64,000 bases of DNA from Mobula hypostoma (taxonomy: Eukaryota), in NCBI RefSeq assembly GCF_963921235.1, contig NC_086097.1:46068001-46132000 (forward strand), given 5' to 3'. A model generated the notes under the pieces. The model made no database searches. It was not told the DNA's origin and was given only the letters and a program-made list of their open reading frames with translations. A program made the translations under genes and the position numbers. Shown here in pieces: positions 1 through 11,580 of this stretch (position 1 is the stretch's first letter; the number at the start of each line of letters is the position of its first letter).

Positions 1-595
1 AGAGGGTCCTTAAACAATCTAGGAATTTTCAATTTAGTTCAGCTCAGTTCAATTTTTCGTTGACTGCAGGCTGCAGAACCAGTCGGCCCCAAATGCATAA
101 AATAGCAATTTTAAAAAAGAGTAACCAGAAGTGTATAACGTGAGCTGCAGAGTCCAATCCACAAATTGCACCGATCAAACCTTGCCTGAGGTCCAAGACT
201 CCAGCGCCTTCCTCCGGCAGCGAGCAAGCAAGAGGGGGAGAGAGAGAGAGATCAGTCACACGCAGGCAGATGGTGCCGAATACCCGCTCGCCTTCCACTC
301 TCGTCCTCGTTGATTTCAATATTGCTTGATTCTTTCATTGGCGAGAAATGGAGTCAATCATGGGCTCGTGCCCAGGTTTCTTGGCTCCAGGCTGTACGCT
401 CTGCTCCAAACCTCAGCGACCTCCCTCAGAAACAGCAAAGTGCTGGATCGCTCAACTGACCCAAAAAGGTAAATCACAGATTCCAATCGCACGCAGTAGT
501 ATAACCATATATGGAAGAAGAAGAAGTAAAAGAAGTAGTTTCATGAATTGTTTGAAGGACATCGCCGTTGGTCACATTATTTGCTGGCCATATTG
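1..595 (-). mobile_element. Non-autonomous retroelement copy (same family as 17762-18392 and 36155-36602), running off the window start
   Basis: 1-450 aligns by eye with 17960-18390 (shared GCAGAGTCCAATCC, GTTGATTTCAAT, GAAATGGAGTC, CTCCCTCAGA blocks). The spurious ORFs 44..319 and 17965..18267 both begin MKSTRT. Confidence 0.75.
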
Positions 596-599
596 TTCC

Positions 600-772
600 C
601 ATATTCCTGTCCTGTCCATTGTGCACCAACTGCTGCCGCTGGGCTATAAACGTGCAGGAGCAATGTGTGGTTAAGTGCCTTGCTCAAGGACACAATACGC
701 TGCCTCAGCTGAGGCTGGAACTCGCGACCTTCAGATCACTAGTCCGACGCCTTAACCACTTGGCCACGCGCC
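600..772 (-). mobile_element. tRNA-derived SINE (head plus CORE-like block)
   Basis: Minus strand reads GGCGCGTGGCCAAGTGGTTAAGGCG...GAGTTCCAGCC (Pol III A box and B-box-like), then GTGTCCTTGAGCAAGGCACTTAACC, which resembles the MIR/CORE-type domain. Confidence 0.75.
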
Positions 773-1177
773 AATATTCAAAAAGAGTGAATGGGGTAAG
801 CCAGAAAGTGTCAGGCCATGTGCCCTATCTCAGTTGCAGGGAGACCTTCAGAAAAAGTTCTTGCAAGTACGGTTTAGCACCATTTGTAAAGGCAAGGACT
901 GGCTTGGGATCCAAGGTTTTGATTATCTGTCCCGATATCACCTTAAATGCTGTTTTGCTCTGAAGCATTTGATTGTTATGTTACTGGCTATAAGCAACAT
1001 GTCTCTGCTTCTATGTAAAGTCTAGATAACAACATCAAATTAGATTTTAAGTTAAAACATTACTTTCCTGTGTCACTAATCTTTAGCAGATTATGCCAGT
1101 GAAATTATGTATTTTGTATAAGTACAGTAAGAAGTTTAGTTGATTTAAGACTCATATTTGCAAACTCCAGTATCATA

Positions 1178-2425
1178 CAAACCCCATTTCCAGAAAAGTT
1201 GAGATATTTTCCAAAATGCAATAAAAACAAAAATCTGTGATATGTCAATTCACGCGAACCTTTATTTATCAGACAAAAGTACAAAGAAAAGATTTTCAAT
1301 AGTTTTACTGACCAACTTAATTGTATTTTGTAAACATACACAAATTTAGAATTTGATGGCTGTAACACACTCAACAAAAGTTGGGATAGAGGCATGTTTA
1401 CCATTGTGTTACATCACCTTTCCTTTTAGTAACACTTTTTAATCGTTTTGGAACTGAGGATACTAATTGTAGTAGATTTGCAATTGGAAATTTTGTCCAT
1501 TCTTGCTTGATATAAGACTTCAGCTGCTCAACAGTCCATGGTCTCCGTTGTCTGATTCTCCTCTTCATGATGCGCCATACATTATCAATAGGAGATAGAT
1601 CTGGACTGGCAGCAGGCCAGTCAAGCACACGCACTCTGTGTCTACAAAGCCACGCTGTTGTAGCCCGTGCAGAATGTGGTCTGGCATTGTCCTGCTGAAA
1701 TAAGCATGGACGTCCCAGGAAGAGGCGTCGCCTGATGGCACCATATGTCTCTCTAAAATCCTAATATACGCCTCAGAGTCAATGGTACCTTCACATACAT
1801 GCAACTCACCCAGGCCGTGGGCACTGATGCACCCCCATACCATCACAGATGCTGGCTTTTGCACCTTTCGCTGATAACAATCTGGATGGTCGTTTTCATC
1901 TTTGGCACGGAGAACTCGACGCCAGTTTTTTCTGGAAAACTAGCTGAAATGTGGACTCATCTGACCACAGCACAGAGTTCCACAGTCTTTCGGTCCATCT
2001 GAGATGAGCTCGGGCCCAGAGAACTCACCGGCGTTTCTGCATAGAGTTGATGTATGGCTTCCTCCTTGCTTAATAAAGTTTCAAGTTGCATTTCTGGATG
2101 CAGCGACGGACTGTGTTTAGTGACAATGGTTTTCCGAAGTACTCCTGAGCCCAGGTGGCTATAATTGTCACAGTAGCATGACTTTTCTGTGCACTTTTCA
2201 ATCTTATTTTAACTCTGTCCCAACTTTTGTTGAGTGTGTTGCAGCCATCAAATTCTAAATTTGTGTATATTTACAAAATACAATTAAGTTGGTCAGTAAA
2301 CTATTGAAAATCTTTTCTTTGTACTTTTGTTAGTTAAATAAAGGTTCACGTGAATTAACATATCACAGATTTTTGTTTTTCTTGCATTTTGGAAAATATC
2401 CCAACTTTTCTGGAAATGGGGTTTG
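1178..2425 (-). mobile_element. Tc1/mariner DNA transposon, IR-DR type, internally deleted, defective transposase
   Basis: TA at 1176-77 and 2426-27. ~210-bp TIRs (CAAACCCCATTTCCAGAAAAGTTG; 1178-~1390 and ~2212-2425) with an inner AAAAGTTGGGA repeat. Minus-strand motifs [24 protein letters not shown] and [13 protein letters not shown], ending KGDVTQW* at 1398. Frameshifted; N-terminus missing. Confidence 0.95.
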
Positions 2426-2494
2426 TATAAATAGTTCATCCTATTGCAAAATGACTTCATTCAAATAAAATCTTTAATTCTTTTTGTCTTGCAG

Positions 2495-3066
2495 CTGAAT
2501 TAAGTAACCAGCTAAAGAGGTTTGACAGTTTACTGAGTGTTCATGATGTGAGGCTGGCAGATATGGACCTACGCTTTCAACTCTTAGAAACCGTCAGCTA
2601 CAATGGTAAACTGATTTGGAAGATTCGAGACTACAGGCGGCGGAAGCAGGAGGCTGTTAGTGGAAAAACGTTATCCTTGTATAGCCAGCCATTTTACACG
2701 GGATATTTTGGATACAAAATGTGTGCTCGAGTTTATCTCAATGGAGATGGTATGGGCAAAGGAACCCACTTGTCGCTGTTTTTTGTCATCATGCGAGGAG
2801 AATATGATGCACTATTACCTTGGCCTTTTAAACAGAAAGTAACGTTGATGCTGTTAGACCAAGGACAGGCCAATCGCCATTTGGGGGATGCCTTTAAGCC
2901 AGACCCCAACAGCAGTAGTTTTAAGCAGCCAGTAGGAGAAATGAATATTGCTTCAGGCTGCCCTCTTTTTGTTGCACAGACTGTATTGGAAAGTGGAACA
3001 TATATTAAAGATGACACTATCTTCATTAAAGTAGTCGTTGATACTTCAGACATGCCAGACCCATGA
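2495..3066 (+). CDS. TRAF3: TNF receptor-associated factor 3, final coding exon (end of coiled coil plus MATH/TRAF-C domain)
   Basis: Acceptor TTTTTGTCTTGCAG ends at 2494. Translation ELSNQLKRFDSLLSVHDVRLADMDLRFQLLETVSYNGKLIWKIRDY...YSQPFYTGYFGYKMCARVYLNGDGMGKGTHLSLFF...DDTIFIKVVVDTSDMPDP* is nearly identical to the mammalian TRAF3 C-terminus. Confidence 0.97.
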
Positions 3067-6000
3067 CCCCAACAATGTATCAACCACAGGAAGAATAGTT
3101 TGCAAGACCGGGTCCACACTGGTGAAATACAGCTTTGTTGGTTTCTCAACAGCAGGACATTCCTCACAGTTGGTCGCCAAATGCTAGAACGGATCACCTG
3201 ACCTTCTGAAAGCCAATGGCCTTTACCTCTCACGAGGAAGGAGGTTCTGCGAGAGCAACACTGATAACTTTCTGGTAGTTAGTGGCGATTGTTCAATCTG
3301 TGGGGTACTTCAGGAGTGCTGTAGAGTACATGATTTGCTGAAGTATTGTCTGAAAGCATTGTCTATCCAATTCATGATGGAAATGCAAGGCTTTGTAATA
3401 ACAACTTGTATTTATATTAGCACCTTTAACAGATTAAAACCTCCGAAGGTGTTTCTCAAGAATGTTTATCAAGCTGCATTTGACTCTGGTCACGTATTAG
3501 GGTACATGACCAAAAGATTGGTCAAAATTATTTTCATTGTTAGCATTACAATCTGAGTTTCAATGCTGTGGCCAAAACGTGCTCCACATTCTTTTTTTTT
3601 CCTTTCTTCATATGAATTCAGATGAGTTGTAATGAAGGGAATCTCAAAAGTTGCAACAGGATTGACTCTAGGTCACTATCAGTAAAACCCCCAGCTGCAG
3701 ATCCAGCATTGCTGATGTGGTTTTGGAGGGTGTGGTGACAGGAGGGAAGTTTGCAAGGTGTGATTGAGATAAGCAGGTTCCTCCTGTTTCATGAAATTAC
3801 TCCTACAATTACTCCTAAAGAAAGACTTCAAATTAAATGGAAAATGTAAAAGTATTTATTTTCTATTATGATGACATCATTTTTTAGTATAATACTTAAA
3901 ATGGGTTATCCAGTGTGTTTTTTTTTTCATTCTCATCAGAGTTTTCTTGGGTAAAAGTAACTGAAAGTTGAGTGAAAAAGATTTGCATTTAAAGCATGGT
4001 TTTCACAACTTAAAGATTTTTAGAGTTCATGGAATACATTTGACTTAAAGTCACTGTTGCAATGTAGAAAACGGGGCAGCTAACTTGCCCAGGAAGTTGC
4101 CACAAACAAAAGAGCGATAATGATCAGATAATTAATTTGTGTGTAATAATTAATTGAGGGAAAGGCCAGAATGCCATGCTCTTTTGGAAAAAGTGTGGAA
4201 GGATTTTTGTATACCCATGTGAGAGAGAAAACAGAGGCTCTTGGCATTGCCTTATTCAAAATACAGCACTGAGGTGCCAGCCTAGGGTTTTGCGCTCAAC
4301 TCTATGGAATGGAACATAATTTCTGATTAATGCTGAACAGCTCTCACCAGCTCAGCCACAGCAGAAATGCAGTGATCTAATTTCTCACTTGGTTTGACAT
4401 CAGTTTGAGAAACTATTTATAAGTTTTCTTTCCCTCTTTGATAAATTATTTATGGCCTCTCCCGTGTCCAAACTACTGAAAGCTCTCCATGAAGAAACCC
4501 AAACGTGAGGTTATTTCCTTTACTTGTGCATCCTTTTTTTCTCCCCCCTAAAAAAATGCTCTTGATGGGGATGTATGCGACCAGGGTACTACTTCCTGAA
4601 GGAGTTGTATTGGTTGCAAATGAAAGAAGATTGAAACGATGAGGTCTATTTTCATCAGAAAATAGAAATATTCAATAATGCAGAGCTCCTGTATAGTTTG
4701 TATTAAAGTAAAATCAGCTGATTATGAAGTTGCATATTCAACTTCGATTGTTTTCAAATGTATAACTAAAACTGTACATGCATTCATCTCTGACCCACTA
4801 GTATTTAATGGCGCAGCATGTTCAGACCAAGTTTCAATAAAGTGACTAATTCCCCTGAGGTCTAGATGAATAACCATACTCACTGTTACAGTACAATGCC
4901 GTCAAACCAGGAAGGTTCTCAGATCAGTCCTTGCTCAGTGCCATATTACGGAAACAGAACTGCATGGCAATTGGTTGTGGTACTTTGAAAGGTTACAATA
5001 TGGATCCAATGGAAAGTATGAATGTGCACACTGCAATGGGGGCTCTCCCTGTGAGTTAGCCTGCTGAATTGCCTTGACCAGGGCTTCACAAAGATTAAGC
5101 AACTGAGTACAACAAGCATATTACGATAATTATTAAGAGTTATTATCTTTACTGAAGGAAAAAACTTTTTAAAAAGTCTTTTATTATCCTCAGTAGGTTT
5201 CAGCACAAATTGATAAACGGTGGGAAATGGCCGAAGCAGAAGGGTTTGTCTCATTCAATGCTATGCTGAAAATTCGGCAGTTTATAAAATGAGCATCAAC
5301 GTTTGTTTCTATATTTCTTCCGATCTTATGGTTGGCAGTGGTGTTTTGTGAATAGGAACTGTTTAATGATTGTATCTTGGTCAGGTTTGTTTAAAGTATA
5401 GCTTATAGATAGTTATAAGAAGCTAGAGATGAGTTTAATTATTGGGATGATTCTCAAAACGAGGGTTGGCTGTGAAAACTGCAGGTATCATTCCAGTTCA
5501 AAAATTGATAATTGGATTTCTTCCGACATGATTTCATTGATTGGCCTTATTTGGGTAAATATTTAAATATATTTGATATAAGTTACCCACAATAACAAAT
5601 GACTGCATTTCTCAATGCAAATTTACGACTGAGCTGAGAAATTATCACTGGTTTGTAAAAGAGGATTTGATTATGTTCAGAAGTTCATATCCTGATTATA
5701 GGGAAAGAAGTGATAGGTTTTTGGTAGTGCTCTAATGTTATTTTTGTTGTGAAAGAGTTGTTTTCATAAGTGTTAACTTGTTACCATCATTTTCCAAGGA
5801 TTAATAAGTAAAGTAACTTTCTACATACACCTTCTAAAGCTGCCTCCCTTATCCAGGTGGCTAACTGGTAGATGATGAAAATCTGAGTTACGAATCTGCT
5901 GCTAAAAGGGGAAAAAAAAGCAAAGTGAGTAAACGGCTTAATTGTTGAAAGTATGAGAAGCTACAAATGAATGCTGGCACAGTGAACCAGCGTAGGGGTG

Positions 6001-6500
6001 GATAGTGAAACGGTGAAAGGCTGTCAGAACTATCATTGCATTGTTCTCCTGAATACTTTATGCAAGAATTCTATAAAACACAATCACTTCAAGCCAACAT
6101 CCTGTTCAATGGTTAGATTTAAATTATTAGAAATTGTTATTGCAATGTTTACCTTATAACTATTGTAACCTCAATTCGTGTTTTCATTTTGTGAAAATTA
6201 TATTATTTAATGACTGGCAAGTCTGGATGGCTGAGTGTGATTAAGTGCACGTGTGTGTATTGTGTATGCTTCTGCGTGTGTGCGTGTTTTTTTTAATTAT
6301 TCACAGTGGCTAGTCACCAGTGAAGTTACCTTTTTTTTTGTAAGAGCTATTTTCAGTGTCTTTGTTGAAGCCTTGTTTTCTGTGATGTTTTTGTCATCAG
6401 TAACAATAAGATAATCTGTTTGACAATCCACGGGATGTTTGTTCCATTCTGGAAAAATGCCATTTCAATAAATACAGTCATTACCTCAGAAGTACATTTC
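3067..6500 (+). other. TRAF3: Probable TRAF3 3' UTR with candidate polyA signals AATAAA at 4836-4841 and 6467-6472
   Basis: Repeat-poor, U-rich sequence follows the stop codon, and TE density rises after ~6500. The end point is inferred. Confidence 0.55.
4040..4365 (-). mobile_element. Ancient DeuSINE (SacSINE1-like) relic within the TRAF3 3' UTR
   Basis: Blocks GTCACTGTTGCAATGTAG, CCACAAACA...GATAATGATCAGATAAT, CAGCCTAG..TTTTGCGCTCAA resemble the reverse complement of shark Deu-domain SINEs. Similar relics lie at ~20840-21005 and ~63745-63990. Confidence 0.55.
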
Positions 6501-6619
6501 CATTCCATTTGATAATATTTTGAAAGCATTGCATTTTATAGCACCTTTTAACATAATGAAATATCTCAATATTTCACAAGAATGTTAGCAAACAAGATGT
6601 GACAGTGAGTCACACATGA

Positions 6620-7095
6620 ATCTCCAACCTGATGGCATGAACACTGATTTCTCTAACTTCTGGTAATTTCTCTCTCCCCCACCCCACCCCCTGCCTCGTT
6701 TCCCATTCTCTATTCTGGTTCATCTCTTACCCCCTCTGTTCTGCTCACCTGCCCATCACCTTCCCTCTTCCTTTTCTCCCATAGGACACTGTCCTCTCCT
6801 ATCAGATTCCTTCTTCTTCAGCCCTTTACGTCTTTGATCTGTCAACTCCCAGCTTCTTCAACACTGCTCCCCTACCCACCCACTTTCCTCCTCACCTGGA
6901 CTCACCTATTACCTGCCAGTGGTAATCCTTCCCCTCCACCCTGGGCTGTTTACTCTGGCTTGATTCCCCCTTCCTTCCCAGTCCTGATGAGGGTCTCAGT
7001 TGGAAAACGGTGACTGCTTCCTACCCTCCATGGTTCTGTAGCATTTTGCGTGTGTTGCCTTGGATTTCCAGCATCTGCAGAATCTCTGGTGTTCA
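6620..7095 (+). mobile_element. Penelope-like element 3' fragment with a degenerate hammerhead motif
   Basis: ORF end LQPDGMNTDFSNF, then a pyrimidine-rich spacer, CAGTCCTGATGA...GAAA (6979-7016), and the family tail GCATTTTGCGTGTGTTGC...TTTCCAGCATCTGCAGAATCTC. Confidence 0.7.
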
Positions 7096-7259
7096 TTAAC
7101 GGAATGTTGGGCAAATGACCAAAACCATGTAAGGAACGTCTTGAGCTACGTGGTTAGGGTTGGCACGTAAAATAGTGGGCCAAGAGGTTAGGAAGGTGGA
7201 CACACTGTAGAGGATTTAATAATCAACAGAAAATGAAATGGGGAGAATAGCTAGTTATA

Positions 7260-7980
7260 AATTTGTAAGACTGTTACTAGTAGAGTTCCGTAGGGATTGG
7301 TAATGCATGCTGAGGTATTTGAAATTAATAATTTTAGATGAAAGGAGAGAGTGTAATATATCCAGGTTTGCTGACATGACAGGAGAAGTGAGCTGGGCAA
7401 ACGACAAATGGAGACTACAAAGTGATGTAGGCAGGTTTACAGCTGGATTCACAGCTAGTAGAAAGATGACAATGTGGGAAAATGCGAGGTTATTTGCTTT
7501 GGTAAGTGAAACAGTGATGCAATACTTGCTATGTGGTGAGAGATTAGTAAACATTAATCAGAATGCTGGTGTGTAGGATTCACACAATATACAGTAAGTA
7601 AATTGTGAGTAAGTGATGGAGACAAGTGAAAAGCTGACTTCTATTAAGAGGGTATTACAGTACAAAAGTAAGATATTGCTGATACTGTGAAACTGTTATT
7701 GAGCTCTTTTTGAGAACTGTGTGCACTTTTAGTGTCAATGATTTAAGATGAGATTATCCTTGGAGTCATTTTGGTATAGAGTAGCCAGATTATTGCTAAA
7801 GAAGAGGGTGTTCATGCTTTCAAGGAGGAGTTGGTAATACTGAACTGCATGCACTGAAATATAGAAAGAGCTGATCTCATTCCTTTCAAGTTCTGTGAGG
7901 AAAGAGGCTATTAATGGGAAGAGGCTGTTTTTGAGAGTTTAGAAGTTGGGATGTAACCGCTGGATAATGGATCAGCTGAT
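7260..7980 (+). mobile_element. Highly decayed CR1 RT/3' fragment
   Basis: Remnant ISRFADMT (FADDT motif) in ORF 7307..7576, with downstream CR1-like sequence. Confidence 0.6.
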
Positions 7981-8685
7981 ATTCTCTTGCACAGCCATAG
8001 AGCAGGGGAATGGGCCATTCTGCCCATCATGTTCATTCTGACCAGTGGACCTCTCTCTATTAGTCCCATTTTCTAGCACTTGGCCAATGCCAAGATGACT
8101 CATATGCTTGTCTGGACACTTATGAAATGCCAAAGAAGTTGCAGAGGGTTGTAACTCTGAAATTCTCCACCTCAGAGAACTGTAGTATCTCAGCCATTTA
8201 AGGCTGAGACTAAAGGGTTTTTGGACATGATGGGGTATCAGAATTGAATGGACTTGAGATCTAAGATCAGCCATGATATTGAATGGCAGAGCAGCATCAA
8301 GGAGCTGTATTGGAATCACTTAGGGGTGATACCTTTTCAAAAACTCAAATCATATTTGACCTCAACAGTAAAAATAACTCCTTGTTTTTCTTATTCATGC
8401 AGGGATTTTGATTTGACTAATTTGAAAAGTAGCACTTCAGGCAGTTTAGCAATCCTGTTCTCTGCCAGGAGATATTGTGTGTAAATGCCTGGAGTTTTGA
8501 AACCCCTTGATTCAGAGGCTAAAGTGTTTCTAGCAGAGCCATAACTAACATCACAAATAATGAAGGTTGTAGGTGGCCTTGGTGAAGGGGTAAATTGTGG
8601 ACCCACTACTTGAAAATGAATTTTTAAAAACTGTAGTTGAATGCTCATTTTGTGATATCATGCTAAGAGATAGGATGGAGTGGCT

Positions 8686-8940
8686 TCAAAGGTTTATTTA
8701 ATCTCAGTGTATGTATACAGTATACAACCTGAAATTCATACTCTTCACGGACATCCACGGAATAAGAACCCCATAGAATGTTCCGAAGCCCGCCTCCCCT
8801 CCCTTCGCACAAGCAGCAGAAGAAGCATCAGATACCCTCGCCAGCCAGCGGAAGCACCAACCCACCCCCCACAATGCAGGCAACAACAGGAGACCCAAAC
8901 GATCCTTGATCCAGAGTCCACCAAAGCTACACTGCCACTT
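8686..8940 (-). mobile_element. Retroelement 3' fragment with a Rex1/Babar-type tail
   Basis: Starts TCAAAGGTTTATTT...GTATGTATACAGTATACAACCTGAAATTCAT, the same tail seen at 17762 and 36155. Confidence 0.55.
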
Positions 8941-10324
8941 TTTCTCAGCGAGCTGAGTACAAAATAGATTTTATTGAGAACCAAGACATTGAGTTCAGTC
9001 TTTCTGTGCTGAAACTGGCATTTCAGATCAGAAACGTCACCAAATCTTGGGACTTTTCTGCATGTGCAACCTACTGTCCAGAACCTACTTGTTAGTAGAT
9101 GGGGTTGCTCTGTTCCATGTGGAATCCAATAGTCTTGACATGGTTGAATCTCATTTCCAATGGGTTAGGGTTAGAGAACCTGATTTTGCTGTGATTCTAG
9201 ACCAGTAATAACATGCCAAAGGAGGAAATAAATGGTTTCCAAAGATTTTTATGTCTTAAGAATGCTTTACTCCCTATTTAAGTTTATTATTTTATATATT
9301 TTTATATATCTCTGACATTTATAAATTGTTAAATTCCTTTTCAGCATTGACACATCTGTTTATCAGACCATGCTCGGGAGATACTGTGAGAAGCCCATTC
9401 CCTGTTGAGAGCGTGCCACTTTTCTTGAAGGTGCTGAATGGCCAGTGGGAAGAGCCCCGATGAGTGTAGTCAAGTGGCAAGCCCTCTGGAGGTGCGTCTG
9501 GCTCCGTCCAGTTAAATCAGAATAGAACCAGAGGAGCGTGACCCATCCAACTCGAAAGTGGGAAAGAGGCTTTGGAGGATTATGGTGTGGTCAACTTTAT
9601 CAGCCTACAGACTAATAGGGAGTCAGACTTCGTTTGCCATTTAAGAACATCAGAAACAAGTGTAGGAGTCAGCCATTCAGATATCCTCAATTTCTCTATC
9701 ACCAAAGTCCTTGATGGACCTGCTATCTGAATTCCAATTTTTGCTCGGTTCATTAAACATTTGATTATGAGATTCTTAACAGATGGATTGAAATTGAATT
9801 AGATTGGAAATAACTAAGGCCCAAGCCCAGAATCTCGGTGCACTTAATCAATTACAGCCTTACAAATAACTCATCTATTCTTACTTTTTCTTCATGCTTG
9901 TATCATTCATAATCCCATGAACCCTTTTTTGCTGTAATTACTATGCCCAATTGCATCATTCTTACCTACCATGCTAATTAATCTTCTAACAGAGTGGTCA
10001 AAAACTCCTCCCTTTTATCTACCTCAGCTATGCTAGTTATGAATTTTTAAGCACCTCATCACAACATACCCCAATTTTTCTTCTGTAGAATCACATGATT
10101 ATGTTTGCTGTTAAGATCAAGGAAATGCTTAGGGATCTGCTAACTCTGCAACATCTCTTCTAAGCTTACAGTACAGGCTCCAGCGTTTTGTCAACTGCTG
10201 CCCCATGATCTCCAGTTCTTATGCAGGCTATTTTTGTTCTTCATTCTAGCTGAGCGGTTTTTAATACCTGGTATGTTTTTATTTCCTTCTGTGAAGATTG
10301 ATGCAAAGTATTGTTAACATCCTC

Positions 10325-10830
10325 CTGACATGTCAGTCCATGGCCTGCTCTACTGCTGTGATGAGGCCACACTCAGGTTGAAGGAGCCATGCCTTGTATT
10401 CCATCTGGGTAGCCTCCAACCTGCTGGCATGAACAGCAATTTCTCAAACTTCCAGTAATTGCCCCCCACCCCCACTTCTACCATTCTCATTCCTGTTTCC
10501 TTCTCACGCCTCATCTCCTTACCTGTCCCTCACCTCCCTCTGGTGCTCCTCCCCCTTCCCTTTCTTCTATGGTCTTCTACCCTCTCCTTTCAGATTCCCC
10601 CTTCTCCAGCTCTTTATCTCTTTCACCTATCAGCTTTCCAGCCTTTTACTTCACCCCACCCCCTTGGGGTTTCACCTATTGTCTACTACCTTGTACTACT
10701 TCCTCCACTCCACCCCTCCCCCACCTGCTTGACCTAACTTCTCACCACTTTTTTCCGAGTCCTGATAAAGGGCCTCAGCCCAAAAGGTTGGCTGTGTATT
10801 CTTTTCCATAGATGCTGCTTGGCCTGATGA
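10325..10830 (+). mobile_element. Penelope-like element 3' fragment (end of GIY-YIG domain plus degenerate hammerhead)
   Basis: Translates DMSVHGLLYCCDEATLRLKEPCLVFHLGSLQPAGMNSNFSNFQ*, then a pyrimidine tract and AGTCCTGATAAAGGGCCTCAGCCCAAAAG (10758-10795). Confidence 0.7.
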
Positions 10831-11149
10831 GAATTGTGTTCAGCTTTAGCCTCCCTACTGTAGAAAGGATGTGATTAAACTGGAAAGCGTATAAAAAAAG
10901 ATTAGAAGGATGCTGCCTGAACTTGAGGGACTGAGTTATAAGGAGAGATTGAATTGCCTAGAACCTTCATTCCTTAGAGTGTAGGAGACTGAGAGCTGAT
11001 CTTATGGAGGTGTATAAAGCCATGATGGGCACAGATGGGGAGAACACGCAGTTTTCTTCCAAAAGTAGGGGGATCAAGAATTAGATATGTTTAAGGAGAG
11101 GGGAAAGATTTAATAAGAATTTGAGGGTTAACTGGCCACTAATGAAATA

Positions 11150-11580
11150 CACGCCATTTGCCTGGATGAGTGCAGCTCCATCAACACTCAAGAAACTTGA
11201 CAGCATCTAGTACAAGGCAGCCCACTTGATTGGTACCCCTTCCACAAGCACCCAATCCCTCCACCATCGACAAACAGTGGCAGCACCCTTCAGACTACCA
11301 CCATCAAGAAGGACGAGAACAGCAGATACCTGAGAACATCACCACTTGGAAATTCCCCCTCCAAGTTACTCACCATCCTGACTCGGAAACACCTCACCAT
11401 TCCTTCATTGTTGCTGGGTCAGGATCTTGGAATTCCCTCCCTAACAGCACTGTGGATAAACCTACACCTCAGGGACTGCAGCAGATCAAGGAGGCAGCTC
11501 ATCACCAGCTTCTGAAGGGCAACTAGGGGTGCGCAATAAATGCTGGCTTAGATGGCGATGCCCACATCCCATAAATAATT
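11150..11580 (+). mobile_element. CR1/L2-group LINE 3' end
   Basis: Remnant SFIVAGSGSWNSLP...AAHHQLLKGN*, with tail GCAATAAATGCTGGCTTAG...GATGCCCACATCCCATAAATAA. Confidence 0.65.

Noticed and set aside
700..772. Possible tRNA gene on the minus strand
   Set aside because: It has A/B boxes but no complete acceptor stem and runs into a SINE core; it is a SINE head.
1581..1700. Transposase triad reads DD34D (SPDLSPIDN), as in mariner, on a Tc1-like backbone
   Set aside because: A single GAA-to-GAT change in a frameshifted dead copy explains it. A family consensus would be needed to claim a new catalytic class.
2733..3233. 166-aa antisense ORF over TRAF3, and similar antisense ORFs over CR1/L1 coding regions
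   Set aside because: Shadow frames of real coding sequence with no independent motifs.
6180..6390. Possible Roquin CDE-like stem-loops in the TRAF3 3' UTR
   Set aside because: The stems are short and AU-only or mismatched, as expected by chance in U-rich sequence.
9340..9640. GC-richer unique stretch after an acceptor-like TTCCTTTTCAG
   Set aside because: All three frames close within ~40 codons and nothing is recognisable, so an exon cannot be supported.
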